Position numbers and translations under genes: made by a program | Notes under the pieces: model-generated | What the model saw: the letters and a program-made list of their open reading frames with translations, nothing else | Told to the model about the DNA's origin: nothing | The model's database searches: none | From: an uncultured Dorea sp. | GTDB taxonomy: Bacteria; Bacillota; Clostridia; Lachnospirales; Lachnospiraceae | Direction of reading: 5' to 3' | Length of the DNA: 64,000 bases | Assembly (NCBI GenBank): GCA_910579925.1 | Contig: CAJTVY010000005.1 | Coordinates: 16,948 to 80,947 of the forward strand | Shown: in pieces, positions 37,165-48,600 of the stretch | Numbering within the stretch: the stretch's first letter is position 1 | Layout of the letters: each line of letters opens with the position of its first letter

Positions 37165-38331
37165 ATGTCACAAGTGAAATACGTTGAACGCAGAAACACA
37201 GACAGTACCAAGTGGGACGCCCAGACCGCCATGTTCGGGGAAGAGGGGCTTCTGCCTTTATGGGTTGCCGATATGGATTTCCAGGTGCCTTCCTGTGTAA
37301 TGGAAGCCCTGAGCGCTTACGTGTCCAGAGGTGTTTTCGGATACCACAGAATTCCAGATTCTTATTACCAGGCATTTATCAACTGGGAGAAACAGTACCA
37401 CTCCTATGAGGTACAAAAAGAATGGATCCGGTTCTCACCGGGAGTCGTGTCTGCCTTTAACTGGATTACCCAGTTTATGACGAAACCGGAAGATGCCGTA
37501 ATCGTCCTGACTCCGGTATACTATCCATTTCTTCATGCTGTAAAGAATAACAACAGGCATCTGATCACTTCAGATCTGGTTAATACAGACGGTGTGTATA
37601 CCATCGACTTTGAAGACTTTGAGCAGAAGATTGTAGAGAATCATGTTACTTTGTTCATCCTCTGTTCTCCCCATAACCCGGCAGGACGTGTCTGGACACG
37701 CAGGGAATTACAGACATTGTTCGATATCTGCCGGAAACATCATGTGTTCGTGATTTCCGACGAGATCCACCAGGATCTGACCTTTGACAGCCATACGCAT
37801 ATTCCGTCCTTCTGCGCAGGAAGCTATGATGATATGATGATTACCGTCACCGCACCCTCCAAGACCTTCAACCTTGCAGGATGCCAGAACTCCGTCATAC
37901 TCATTCCGGACGAGAAGCTTCGCAGAAAATGGGACGAATTTGTCACCTGCATCCGCATCCAGAACGGAAATGTATTCGGATATATGGCGGCAGAGGCGGC
38001 TTATTCGGAGGGAAGAAAGTGGTTCGAGGAAGTGAAGGAAATCATTTATGGAAATTATCTGTTCGTGAAGGATTCTTTCGCAAAGACGCTCCCAGAGGTG
38101 GTTGTCTCTCCTCTTGAGGGAACCTATCTGTGCTGGTTCGATATGAAAGCCTATGTAAAGCCAGAGGAAATGAAAGATTTCATGCAGAAAAAATGCCATA
38201 TTGCGCTGGATTACGGCGACTGGTTCGGCGGAGAGAGATTCGCCTCCTTTGTGCGGATGAACCTTGCCACCTCAAAGGAAAATGTAGAAAAGGCTGTAAA
38301 TGCAATCATCGCAGGATGTCAGACCGCATAG
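37165..38331 (+). CDS. patB: MalY/PatB-type PLP-dependent C-S lyase (cystathionine beta-lyase-like aminotransferase class I/II)
   Basis: RRNTDSTKWD..LPLWVADMDFQVP..TAPSKTFNLAGCQ (PLP lysine). The start is ATG 37165, after AGGAGG. The track ORF begins 411 nt earlier, inside and antisense to ppiB. Confidence 0.85.
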   Translation: MSQVKYVERRNTDSTKWDAQTAMFGEEGLLPLWVADMDFQVPSCVMEALSAYVSRGVFGYHRIPDSYYQAFINWEKQYHSYEVQKEWIRFSPGVVSAFNWITQFMTKPEDAVIVLTPVYYPFLHAVKNNNRHLITSDLVNTDGVYTIDFEDFEQKIVENHVTLFILCSPHNPAGRVWTRRELQTLFDICRKHHVFVISDEIHQDLTFDSHTHIPSFCAGSYDDMMITVTAPSKTFNLAGCQNSVILIPDEKLRRKWDEFVTCIRIQNGNVFGYMAAEAAYSEGRKWFEEVKEIIYGNYLFVKDSFAKTLPEVVVSPLEGTYLCWFDMKAYVKPEEMKDFMQKKCHIALDYGDWFGGERFASFVRMNLATSKENVEKAVNAIIAGCQTA

Positions 38332-38346
38332 ACGTCCAGGCTCAAT

Positions 38347-38375
38347 ACAGGAATTAACCGTTGGTTAATTCCTGT
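38347..38375 (+). terminator. Strong hairpin after patB (no U-tract)
   Basis: ACAGGAATTAACC-GTT-GGTTAATTCCTGT is a perfect 13-bp stem. It is followed by an A-rich rather than T-rich tract, so terminator activity is uncertain. Confidence 0.45.
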
Positions 38376-38498
38376 AAGAAAAAATATACAATGTCTCAAT
38401 GGTTCTCCCAGTCTGGTATTGGTATAATAACATCAGACACAGATCACAGCAGTCATGGAGAAGGGCTGCATTTACCAAGACATGGGAGGAATCATTCT

Positions 38499-39545
38499 AT
38501 GAAAATCAACGAAATTATCCGTAAAAAACGAACCGAAAAGGGATATACCCAAGAGCAGATGGCCTCTTTCCTGGGCGTTTCCGCACCCGCAGTCAACAAA
38601 TGGGAAAAGGCAATCTCTTACCCGGATATCACCCTGCTCCCTGCGCTGGCACGTCTCCTTGACACCGACCTTAATACCCTTCTGTCCTTTCAGGAAGATC
38701 TGACCAGAGAAGAGGTCGGAACATTTATGAACGTACTGGTTTCTGTTGCCGAAACAAAGGGAATCGACGGCGCATTCCAGATAGCCCTTGAGAAATGCCG
38801 CGAATACCCTTCCTGCGATTTCCTGCTTCTTAACGCAGCTCTGACTCTGGAAGGACTGCTTCTTACCAGTCAAGGCAGTGCAGAAGAAACACACTGGCTG
38901 GATATTGTCGAAGATTTATATGTACGGGCTTCCAGAAGCTGCGACCCAGAGATTGGAAACCAGGCAAAAGCCATGTTGATTTCAAAACATATCGGAAGAA
39001 AGGAATTTGACACTGCCGAAAAATTACTGGAAGAACTGCCTGCCGCAGCCCTATTCAATAAAAAGCAGCTCACCGCCATGTTCTATCTGGAACAGGACGA
39101 GTGGGAAAAAGCGGCGGAACTTATCGAACAAAAAGTCCTGTCTGAGATCAGCGACATTCTGTCCTCTGTCTATACTCTGGTAGAAATCGCAGTAAAGGAA
39201 AACCAGATATCCGCTGCCAGTCAAATGACCGCTATCGCCAGACAGATCACAGAACTGTTCGGATTATGGGAAGGTAACATACATATTGCAGAGTTACTTC
39301 TTGCCACTGCTCAGAAAGACGCCGACGGCTGCCTTGACATCCTGGAGAAAATGCTGCCTTCTCTCAATAAGGACTGGAAGCCGGGATATCACCCCCTGTA
39401 CCGTCATCTTTCGCTGAAAGATACGAACATCGGCCAGATGATACGCTGCGGTATCGTGAATGAACTAACTAATCCGGAAAATCACGCATACGATTTCCTG
39501 CGCAATCATCCGGATCTGAAGAAACTACTCAGCAGATATTGCTAG
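38499..39545 (+). CDS. XRE-family HTH transcriptional regulator with a TPR-like C-terminal domain
   Basis: MKINEIIRKKRTEKGYTQEQMASFLGVSAPAVNKWEK..YPDITLLPALARLL. The start is ATG 38499, after GGGAGG. Confidence 0.85.
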   Translation: MKINEIIRKKRTEKGYTQEQMASFLGVSAPAVNKWEKAISYPDITLLPALARLLDTDLNTLLSFQEDLTREEVGTFMNVLVSVAETKGIDGAFQIALEKCREYPSCDFLLLNAALTLEGLLLTSQGSAEETHWLDIVEDLYVRASRSCDPEIGNQAKAMLISKHIGRKEFDTAEKLLEELPAAALFNKKQLTAMFYLEQDEWEKAAELIEQKVLSEISDILSSVYTLVEIAVKENQISAASQMTAIARQITELFGLWEGNIHIAELLLATAQKDADGCLDILEKMLPSLNKDWKPGYHPLYRHLSLKDTNIGQMIRCGIVNELTNPENHAYDFLRNHPDLKKLLSRYC

Positions 39546-39566
39546 TGTGATAACACATTTACTAGA

Positions 39567-40361
39567 TTACATCCCCTTTGACATCTCTTCACAGACCTTC
39601 ATCGCCTCAAAAACTGCGCTTCTGAAGCCACGCTCTTCCAGTACCCGTACCGCTTCGATCGTGGTTCCTGCCGGGGAACATACCATATCCTTCAGTTCTC
39701 CTGGATGTTTCCCGGTCTCCAGTACCATCTTCGCACTTCCAAGCACTGCCTGCGCTGCAAACTGATAAGCCTGAGATCTTGGCATCCCGCCGGAAACCGC
39801 CGCATCCGCCATAGCCTCAATCAACATAAATACATACGCCGGGGAACTTCCGCTTACGGAAACCACTGTATCCATCAAATGCTCAGAAACAATCTCCACA
39901 CGGCTGAAACTCTCAAGAAGCGTGCACACATATGCCGTCTCTTCTTTTGTCATATGTTCGTTAGGGCATGCCGCCGTCATTCCAGCGCCTACCATTGCAG
40001 GTGTATTCGGCATGGTACGGACGATTTTTACATCTTTACCGAACTGATCGGCAAGCCACGCAAGAGTCTTCCCAGGCGCAATGGTAATCACAATCTGATT
40101 CTCCCGGACGTCCCTTCGGATCTCATGAATTACCTCTGCATAGAACTGCGGCTTCACAGACAATATAATCACTTCTGCCTTCTCAACCACTTCTTTATTA
40201 CTGTCGGTTACGCAGATTCCGAACTGTGACTTCGCCTTCTCCCTTCCCGCTTCAGACAGATCTGCTCCGATGATCTCCTCTGCCTTAATAATCTGATTTT
40301 TAATGATTCCGCCCATGATGGCTCCCGCCATGTTTCCGGTTCCTATAAATCCTAATTTCAT
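39567..40361 (-). CDS. proC: Pyrroline-5-carboxylate reductase
   Basis: MKLGFIGTGNMAGAIMGGI..ILSVKPQ..MPNTPA..VCSPAGTTIEAV. The start is ATG 40361, after GAGGAGGG. Confidence 0.93.
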   Translation of the reverse strand: MKLGFIGTGNMAGAIMGGIIKNQIIKAEEIIGADLSEAGREKAKSQFGICVTDSNKEVVEKAEVIILSVKPQFYAEVIHEIRRDVRENQIVITIAPGKTLAWLADQFGKDVKIVRTMPNTPAMVGAGMTAACPNEHMTKEETAYVCTLLESFSRVEIVSEHLMDTVVSVSGSSPAYVFMLIEAMADAAVSGGMPRSQAYQFAAQAVLGSAKMVLETGKHPGELKDMVCSPAGTTIEAVRVLEERGFRSAVFEAMKVCEEMSKGM

Positions 40362-40385
40362 TTTAAGCACCCTCCTCGCATTATA

Positions 40386-40417
40386 TTTGTATACAATTAA
40401 TATTTTTGTATACAATT
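40386..40417. promoter_or_regulatory. Two copies of a perfect 10-bp palindrome upstream of proC
   Basis: TTGTATACAA occurs at 40387-40396 and 40406-40415. Each copy sits inside the 13-nt repeat TTTGTATACAATT, with 19 bp between centres. They lie 26-55 nt upstream of the proC ATG and next to a TATAAT on the minus strand. Confidence 0.5.
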
Positions 40418-40538
40418 TATCTAGTACTAACTATAACATGGGATCTTTTTTCGGTCAACCAGTTTCCCCAAAACTTCCTAAAAACTTATCCGACCGAGAA
40501 TCTTGAGCAGAAAATATGTCTCTCCATGCCCTGGCAGA

Positions 40539-41528
40539 CTATGAATTCCATTTCGTCCCAATTCCGGCTTCCAAAGCCTTGTCATAGATCTCCCTTGCCG
40601 CCACCAGATCCTGAGTCGCAACGCCCACCGACTTAAACACGATGATCTCATCGTCACTCTCGCGCCCTGTCACTTTCCCCTTAATTACATCGCCCAGATC
40701 GCCGGTGAAATCCTCCTTCGTAATCGTCCCGTCTTCCAGAGGAATCAGAATATCCCCCGCTTCTGACAAAACCGCTTCCTCCGAGTCAAAATAAATCTTG
40801 GATGCCCGGGTCAGAACGACCGGATCTATCTCCTGCATATGATGCTGGTAGGAACCGATACAACTGATGGTCGCACCCTTCTTCACCTTTGTCCCGTCAA
40901 ACACAGGCTTTTCGGCAGGAGTCGCCGTAATCACCAGGTCTGCGTCTTCGATTGCCTCGTCAGAGGATATGACTGGTACAATTCTGGCTCCATAACGCTT
41001 CAGTTCTTCCTGCATCCGTCCGGCAAATGCTTTTGTCCGTTCGAAGTGCAGTCCGCATACACGCACCTCTTCCAACCGCCGGGCTTCCAGCATGGCCTCA
41101 AGCTGGGCTGCTCCCTGTCCGCCCGTCCCGATCAGTGCGCCAATCCTGCACTCCTTCTTTGCCAGAACGTCGAACGCCGCCCCGGACGCCGCCCCGGTAC
41201 GGATCTGCGTCACACAGATCCCGTCCATGACAGACTGTACAACACCCGTCTTTCCGTCGATCAGCATTACCTGTGCAGGCAATGCAGGAAGTCCCTGGTC
41301 TGTATTGTGAGGGAATACGTTGACAATCTTAAGAGATGCCGTATCCATGTCTTCCACATATGCAGGCATGAAAAGGAAACACCCCTCATGTGCCGGCGCC
41401 TGGATATTGGTTCGCAGCGGCGCATTACATTTTCCCTCTGTCAGTAATCGAAAAGCTCTCTTATTCGCCTCTATGGCATCCTGCATGGTAAATACTTTTC
41501 TGATGTCTTCTTTTGATAATAATAACAT
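40539..41528 (-). CDS. Ornithine cyclodeaminase/mu-crystallin family protein
   Basis: LLSKEDIRKVFTMQDAIEANKRAF..MPAY..ITQIRTGAASGAA..IGTGGQGAAQL. The start is ATG 41528, after AGGAGG. Confidence 0.85.
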   Translation of the reverse strand: MLLLSKEDIRKVFTMQDAIEANKRAFRLLTEGKCNAPLRTNIQAPAHEGCFLFMPAYVEDMDTASLKIVNVFPHNTDQGLPALPAQVMLIDGKTGVVQSVMDGICVTQIRTGAASGAAFDVLAKKECRIGALIGTGGQGAAQLEAMLEARRLEEVRVCGLHFERTKAFAGRMQEELKRYGARIVPVISSDEAIEDADLVITATPAEKPVFDGTKVKKGATISCIGSYQHHMQEIDPVVLTRASKIYFDSEEAVLSEAGDILIPLEDGTITKEDFTGDLGDVIKGKVTGRESDDEIIVFKSVGVATQDLVAAREIYDKALEAGIGTKWNS

Positions 41529-41551
41529 AGTCAGCCTCCTGAATTCTCTTT

Positions 41552-41833
41552 TCATGAATATAGTACACCGATCAGTCCCGCACATTGCAGCAGCATAATT
41601 GCCGGAATCCCCACCCGGAATTTCCAATGCCGGGTTTTATGTCTGAACACAACCATTCCCACATAACTCCCAACGCTCCCGCCAAGAAGAGCGGTCAGAA
41701 ACAGGGTCTTCTCCGGCACTCTCCATCTGTGCTCCACGGCGCAGCGCTTATCATAGCCAAATATCACAAATCCCGCCGCATTCACCGCAATCAGCCATCC
41801 ACATCCTATCCACATCACCTCTGCCGGGTCCAT
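41552..41833 (-). CDS. DUF1294-family small membrane protein
   Basis: FGYDKRCAVEHRWRVPEKTLFLTALLGGSVGSYVGMVVFRHKTRHWKF is the DUF1294 signature. Confidence 0.75.
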   Translation of the reverse strand: MDPAEVMWIGCGWLIAVNAAGFVIFGYDKRCAVEHRWRVPEKTLFLTALLGGSVGSYVGMVVFRHKTRHWKFRVGIPAIMLLQCAGLIGVLYS

Positions 41834-41839
41834 CCCATA

Positions 41840-44800
41840 CTACACTCCAATCTCTTTCTTAATCGTAAAGGAGTAAAGAATCTTCTCCTTTACCCGTTTT
41901 AACGTCATCTGTTCCAGCGCCTTTCCGTAGTAGTCAAGCTGGGCATGATATTTCCTGGCAAGTTCGTCTGCCTCGAAAATCCTGTCAGTCTTATAATCCA
42001 GCACCACCAGACCATCCTCTTCTTCAAAATACACGTCAATGATCCCCTGTACCAGAATCTGCTCTCCTTCCTGCTCATGGGGATAGAGTTCCAACGCATC
42101 AACGCCAAGGACAAAAGGCTGCTCCTTCCACAGTTTCCCGTTTCTTGCCGCCGCCTTCATCCGAAGTCCCGCCGGGCCTCGCAGAAATCTAAGGATATCT
42201 TCTGTGTGGATGCAGTCTGCCATATCCTGATCCATCTTTCCCTCTTTCATATAAAGATCCACCGCTTTCTGAAGGGACTCGTCATCATAATCCCTGGTAA
42301 AGTCCAGAAGTTCCATCAGCCTGTGATATGCGGTACCCCGGGAAGCCCCGGACAGCTCTTCTTCATCCTTTAGAAATTTCGGAATCAGCGGCACTACATC
42401 CGGCTCCTCATACGGCGTTTCCCCCAACTCCCCAGGATCTTCCCCGGCGCTCTCCAGAAGATAGATCCTTTTCTTTAATTCAGACACCGTGAACTTCAGT
42501 TTCTGGTGACGACTGTCAGCATAGGGATAACGGAAAGAAAACTGTTCCTTAAGCGAATCATGCATCTTGGGCTCATAGAGTACCTTTGTATCCCACTGTT
42601 CCAGCATAGTTTTCGTGATACGGGCAGCCGTCTCTTCCTCTACCTCTTCCTTCACAATCTCATCAAAGGTCAGAATCTGTTTCACAACAGGCACATCCTC
42701 GGGAATTTCTGACAAGGCAGGAAGAATCCAGTCCCAGTAAGTATTCGCCCTGCAAAGCCTCCCGAAGGGCAATGCCTCCTTTTGCCGGCCGGCCATCTCA
42801 TAATCAGATAATTTCTTCTCAAGATCAGCAATCGTCCCGGTAATGATCAGCTTCTCTTTCGCCCTGGTAAGCGCAACATACAACACCCTTAGTTCCTCCC
42901 CCAGGCTTTCCAGCGCTTCTTCCTTCTGCAGCACCCTCTTGACAAGACTCGGGCTTTTCGTCCTCTTCTCAACGTCAATCGCATCAAGCCCTACGCCCAT
43001 CCTGGAATGAAGAACCACGCTGCTTCTGGCGTCCTGCATGTTAAACTTTTTCCCCATACCTGCCGCAAACACGATAGGAAACTCCAGTCCTTTACTCTTA
43101 TGAATCGTCATGATCCGTACGGTGTCTGACTGCTCATCCTCCATACTGGCCTCGCCATAATCCACATCATATTTCTGCAGCTGCTCCACATAACGCACGA
43201 AATGGAACAGCCCCTTATAGCTGGAAGATTCAAAAGATCTTGCCTTTTCCACCAGCATATCCAGATTCGCCTGACGCTGTTCACCGCCTGGCAGCGCTGA
43301 AACATAATTCCCGTATCCCGTCTCTTCCAGAATCCTCCACAGCAGTTCGTGAATCGGCGTATAAGGTATGATTCTTCGAAACGCCTCCATCTGCCCCAGA
43401 CATTCCTCCAGTTTCCCCCGGATTACTGGCTCGTCTCCTTCCAGACGATAGGCAGCGACTGCCTTACAGAAGGGAAGTTCTTTATAAGCGCTTCTGACCA
43501 TTGCAAGTTCTTCTTCCGTCATTTCTCCAAAGTACGAGGCAAGAACTGCCGCCAGCGGAATATCCTGTTTCTGATTGTCGAGGATACGCAGATAATCGAG
43601 CAGGACTCCAATCTCCCGGGTCTGGAAATATCCCTCTCTGGTGCCTGCGTATGCGGGAATCCCCTCCCGGTTCAGCACCTCTGTAAATACGTCTGCAAAT
43701 CCCTGGACGCTCCTTGTGAGAATCACAATATCCGAATACCTCACCGCCCGGAATTCTCCTGTCTTCTTATCAACGACTCTGTGCTGCTCCCGAAGCTTTC
43801 TTATCCGTCCGGCGACTGCCCTGGCCTCAAGTTCCCGGGTCGTAATCCGCACCGACGCCCCCTTTTTCTTTCTGTCCTCCTGCCGCCTGTTTACTGCCGC
43901 TTCCCCTTCCTCCTCATAAAGTCCTTCTTCCCACCGTGCAAGGCTTGCGTCAATGACAAGTACCTCTGTCTTCAGGTTCTCTCCATCCTTATAATCCGCC
44001 CCCACGTACAGCGCCGCCTGGTCGTCATAGGCAATGCCGCCCAGTTCTGGCCTCATAATCTGCCGGAAAATGAAATTGATACTGTCTAATACTTCTCTCC
44101 GGCTTCGAAAATTCTTATGCAGGTCAATCCTCTGCCGTTCTTTCCCTGCGTCATCTGCCTCATCTCCTCCGTCCGGTCTATTGACCTTATAGGTGTAGAA
44201 CTTCTCCATGAAAAGTTCCGGCCTTGAGAGCCGGAAGCGATAAATACTCTGCTTTACATCCCCCACCATAAAAATATTATAACGCCCCAGCGACACCGTC
44301 GAGATACTGGTAAGAATCGTCTCCTGTATCAGATTGCTGTCCTGGTACTCGTCAATCATGATCTCTCGAAACTGCTCCTGGTACTCCCGCGCCACCGCCG
44401 ACGGCCGGAATCCTTCTTCCGTCTTCTCAGTCAGAATCCGCAGGGCATACTGCTCCATATCGGAAAAGTCAATCATATTCTGACTGCGCTTCTTTTCCTC
44501 GAACTTTTCAGAAAAAAGAAGAGTAAGTTCCACAAGTTCTTCCATGGCAGGACGACACATCTGCAGATCCTCAAGCATTCCTTCCGCGCTCTGATAAAAA
44601 AACTTACCAGCCAGGTCTTTCACGATGGTCTTGACATCGTCCCTGATTGACTTAACCATTGCCGTCTTCTCTTCGGATACCGACTTATCCCGGTTGGCGG
44701 CAAGCCGCATCCAGGAAACGTCTGCCACTTCCTCTGCCATCTCCTTGAAGGACGTCCGGGATAGCAGCCTGTCTATGATCTGCCGATCGGTAAGAAGGGC

Positions 44801-45547
44801 GGCCTCATAGGCAGACGGACCGTCGGCTTCCATACAGATGGCAATCCCCGACTCCAGCAGCCTTGCGGCTTCCCTCAGATCTTCCATGGCATGGCGCATG
44901 GCCAGGCGTACCATCTCGCTTTCCTCCAGCTCTTTAAGACTTCCGGCGCAGTATGCGTCTGTACATCTGCTAATCCACTCCTTTGGATCTGGATAACTGC
45001 GGGAAAATTCGTAGATCTTCAGAATCAGTTCCTCAATCTTCTTATCGTCCCTCCCGCTTCCGTACGCCAGAGAAAAATTAAGAAACCGCTGGCTTTTCTG
45101 TCGATACTTCTCTTCCAGCACCTCGCCAAGCACCTCCTGGCGCAAAAGCTTTAACTCTCCTTCTTCCCCTGTTCTAAAACCCGGGTCGATGTCAATGGCG
45201 TGAAAATGATCCTTCACCACAGACAGACAGAAACTGTGGATGGTCGTGATCCTTGCATTATGTATCAGAGTCGCCTGCTGTTTCAGATGCTCATTATCCG
45301 GGCACTCCTCCAGTTTCTTCTCGATGGCTCCCCGAATTCTCTCCTTCATCTCAGCAGCGGCAGCCTCGGTAAATGTCACGATCAGCAGACGGTCTACATC
45401 CACAGGGTCATTCTCACTGGTAAGCATGGAGATAATACGCTCCACCAGAACCGCCGTCTTTCCCGAACCTGCCGCCGCTGAAACCAATATATTTCTGTCT
45501 CTCAAGTCAATAACCTGCCGCTGCTCTTCCGTCCACATTACACCCAT
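41840..45547 (-). CDS. addA: ATP-dependent helicase/nuclease subunit A
   Basis: UvrD-like motifs (WTEEQRQVI..VSAAAGSGKT..IDEYQDSN) and a C-terminal PD-(D/E)XK nuclease (IQGIIDVYFEE..VVLDYKTD). The start is ATG 45547 (MGVMW), after GGGAG. The track start is GTG 45571. Confidence 0.93.
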   Translation of the reverse strand: MGVMWTEEQRQVIDLRDRNILVSAAAGSGKTAVLVERIISMLTSENDPVDVDRLLIVTFTEAAAAEMKERIRGAIEKKLEECPDNEHLKQQATLIHNARITTIHSFCLSVVKDHFHAIDIDPGFRTGEEGELKLLRQEVLGEVLEEKYRQKSQRFLNFSLAYGSGRDDKKIEELILKIYEFSRSYPDPKEWISRCTDAYCAGSLKELEESEMVRLAMRHAMEDLREAARLLESGIAICMEADGPSAYEAALLTDRQIIDRLLSRTSFKEMAEEVADVSWMRLAANRDKSVSEEKTAMVKSIRDDVKTIVKDLAGKFFYQSAEGMLEDLQMCRPAMEELVELTLLFSEKFEEKKRSQNMIDFSDMEQYALRILTEKTEEGFRPSAVAREYQEQFREIMIDEYQDSNLIQETILTSISTVSLGRYNIFMVGDVKQSIYRFRLSRPELFMEKFYTYKVNRPDGGDEADDAGKERQRIDLHKNFRSRREVLDSINFIFRQIMRPELGGIAYDDQAALYVGADYKDGENLKTEVLVIDASLARWEEGLYEEEGEAAVNRRQEDRKKKGASVRITTRELEARAVAGRIRKLREQHRVVDKKTGEFRAVRYSDIVILTRSVQGFADVFTEVLNREGIPAYAGTREGYFQTREIGVLLDYLRILDNQKQDIPLAAVLASYFGEMTEEELAMVRSAYKELPFCKAVAAYRLEGDEPVIRGKLEECLGQMEAFRRIIPYTPIHELLWRILEETGYGNYVSALPGGEQRQANLDMLVEKARSFESSSYKGLFHFVRYVEQLQKYDVDYGEASMEDEQSDTVRIMTIHKSKGLEFPIVFAAGMGKKFNMQDARSSVVLHSRMGVGLDAIDVEKRTKSPSLVKRVLQKEEALESLGEELRVLYVALTRAKEKLIITGTIADLEKKLSDYEMAGRQKEALPFGRLCRANTYWDWILPALSEIPEDVPVVKQILTFDEIVKEEVEEETAARITKTMLEQWDTKVLYEPKMHDSLKEQFSFRYPYADSRHQKLKFTVSELKKRIYLLESAGEDPGELGETPYEEPDVVPLIPKFLKDEEELSGASRGTAYHRLMELLDFTRDYDDESLQKAVDLYMKEGKMDQDMADCIHTEDILRFLRGPAGLRMKAAARNGKLWKEQPFVLGVDALELYPHEQEGEQILVQGIIDVYFEEEDGLVVLDYKTDRIFEADELARKYHAQLDYYGKALEQMTLKRVKEKILYSFTIKKEIGV

Positions 45548-45602
45548 AGCCTGTGACTCCCTTTCATTCACACATCTATTCCCAGACTCTCCCGTCAGCC
45601 TG

Positions 45603-48600
45603 TCAGAGGGCCGTCTGCTGATCTTCCGCCTTCATGGCCGCAAGAATCTCTTCTTTGCTCACCTTCTCAATCTCCCGGTATCCATATCCCGGTATCTTCT
45701 GGTCAAATCCGCACACATGGCGGTACTGGCAGTAATCGCAACCCGTCTCCTGCCCTTTCCGGTAAGGCTGCGCTTCCGTTCGTCCTTCCAGAATCTTACC
45801 GTGAACTTCCGCCACCTTCCGGGCGGCATGGCGCATCATCAGCCGAAACTCCTCCTCCGGCACCGCCTTAGAACCTTTTGCCAGACTTCCGTCTTTCTTG
45901 TATTTTACCGGAACAGCAAGAGAATCCCCGCCCGTCTGGTGATCCAGATGTGCGATCACCTCGTCCTTTAAGTTGATGACGCCGTCCGGGCGAAGTTCCT
46001 TAAGAATTGTCTCCTCAAGACTTCCTTCTTCCAGTTTCTCTACCAGCGGATCCTTGATACGGTAGTAGAACACTCCTGCCGGGACCACCTCGCGCCCGGG
46101 ATCTTTCGCCTTCTCCAGTTCCACGGCCCCGTTCATGTACACCATAAGCTGTAACTGCAGCCCATGATACAGGGAAATAATATCAAACGCCTTGCTTCCC
46201 GTCTTGTAATCCACCACTTTCACATAAGTCCGATCATCTTCTGTGCAGGTATCCACACGGTCGATCTTTCCGTAAGAGAACCGCAGTTCATACGCAAAAG
46301 GACGGAAATCCCCGGCTTTCAACTGCCTGGTCAGCGCCCACACGGTACACTCCAGCATCCGTTTCATTCGAACGATCATATACTCGTCTCGGGCAGACTG
46401 ATAGAGCACGGAGTTTCCATAATCTGTAACCGCCTCATCCACGCTCTCATCCACATACTGTCTGCGCCTCTCCTCAGAAATCTCCACCCAGTCGCAGCCG
46501 CTGTCTTCCACTTTCTTAGAATACCGCTCCAGCGCACTATGGCAGACATTACCCAGATCCACTGCCTGGAATTCATACTGCTGACGATCCCGAAGTCCAA
46601 GCCCATACGTCAGAAAATGAGCGAACGCACAGGCAGAAAACTTCTCCATACGGGTAATACTGTCCTCGAAGGTTTCCCCGTAGAGCTTCTTCGCCGCATA
46701 GGCTGACAATCCGTCCCTCAAGCGGCGGTAATACCCTGCCCGGAGCAGACTTTCCACCTTTTTCTCCCATCTTTCCTCTTTCTTATACCAGGTGTACAGT
46801 TCCTTCCAGGCAGCGTCCATGCCGTCCCGTTCACCGCGAAAACCACGGATCAGCCAGTCAATCCCTAAGTTCTCCGTCAGTTCCCGCCGGGCTATGCCCT
46901 TTTCATCCTCATCCTGTACCACAATATTCGGATACAGCCTGCGAATCTCCTGGATCAGATACGCCGGACGCACACTCTTTCCATCAGATGACACCTTACT
47001 ATAATAGATCTCCAGCTTCTCGGACGGTTTCGTCAAGTTCATATAAAGGTAGAACTTCTGAATGTAGGCCTTCTCTTTTCCTCCCGGTGAAAGCGGTAAC
47101 TTCTCTTTCTGAAAATACTCCCGATCGCGTTCCGACAGAAGCCCGGTACGAAGGAGCGCTCCCGGCAGATGTGCGTCGTTTGCCCCAAGAAAGAATAATG
47201 CACGGATATCCTTAAGTCTGGTTCGTTCTACATCCCCCGCAACCACCTGGTCCGTACTTGGAGGGATCACGCCTACCCTCGCCTCCTCAAGCCCCGCATC
47301 AAGAAGCTGGCAGTATTCTTCCAGGCCGACTTTCTCATCTCCCAGTAGTTCCACGAATCGGTCAAACAGTTCCACCAGGATCCGGTACACCTGGGCGTAT
47401 TCTTTCGCAAGAGCCAGTTCCCCTTCTGCCTGAAACTCCTCTTCCTGCTCTTTCAGCCTGACCTGCAGGTTTTCCTTTACCATAAACTGGTACACCGCAA
47501 GGGTAATGTCTCTTACCGTCTTATTACGCTGCCGCAGCACAAACATCAGCGGGTCTACCTTCTCCACCAGTATCACACGGCAGTGGTTCAGACGTTCCAG
47601 ATCCTTCTCGCACATGCCCTTGAGACGGCGGATCCATCTCTCCTGCCACCTCTTATACCCCTTGATTCCAAGGCCCAGACAATAGTTCTCAAGCTCGTCC
47701 ACCTCTTCCGTGGTAAACCCTGCCAGACCTGTGCGCAGAAAACGAAAGACGCTCTCATCCGTAAAATTCTTATGTGCCATATTCAGAAGGCTTCTTATGT
47801 ACTCCACAAAAGAATTCAAAAGAATATTCCGCTTGTGATCCATAAAAACCGGGATATCGTACAGGTCAAACGCCCGTTTCAGATAATCTCCATAGACCTC
47901 CATATTGCTTGCGATCACGCCGATCTCCCGGAAACGCATCCCTTCCTCTCTCACCATACGTCGGATGGCTCCTGCCGCTGCCAGGGACTCTTCCCACGGA
48001 TTCTTTACCCCATGGATATGAATCGCGTCCTGCTCCTCTTCAAATGTCCCCGCCTGATAACGGAACAGGTTCTTTTCCAGAAATTCCATCGGCTCATTTT
48101 CCCGAAAACGGTATACCGGCTTTTCGTATCTTAAGACAGGATCCTCTACCTGAATCCGGTTCTCCCTGGCAAGACGCACCAGAGTGGATACCATATGCTT
48201 ACTAAGTGCGAACAACTGATAAGGATGGCTGTACACATATGGATCCTCCCTCTCATCCATGGTCACCGTCACCACCACCTTCCGGCAATGGCGCAGAAGC
48301 TGAAGAAGAAGCCGGTTCTGTACAGGCGTAAAGCCGGTAAATCCATCCAGAACGACGGTGCTGTTCTTAAGCATCTCCGACTGGCCGATTACCCGGCTTA
48401 GACTATCCAGCAATTCTTCTTTTGTAATGTATTTCCGGCTCAGATATTCTGTAAAACCTTTATAGAGTACCCGGATGTCCTGGAGCTTATAGTAGAGCCT
48501 GGACTCTGTGCCGATGGACTCCATGACCGCAAGAAGTTCCTCTTCGCCGATATCATACTGAGTAAATTCCGAGATTACAGACTTAACCTCTGTGATATAT

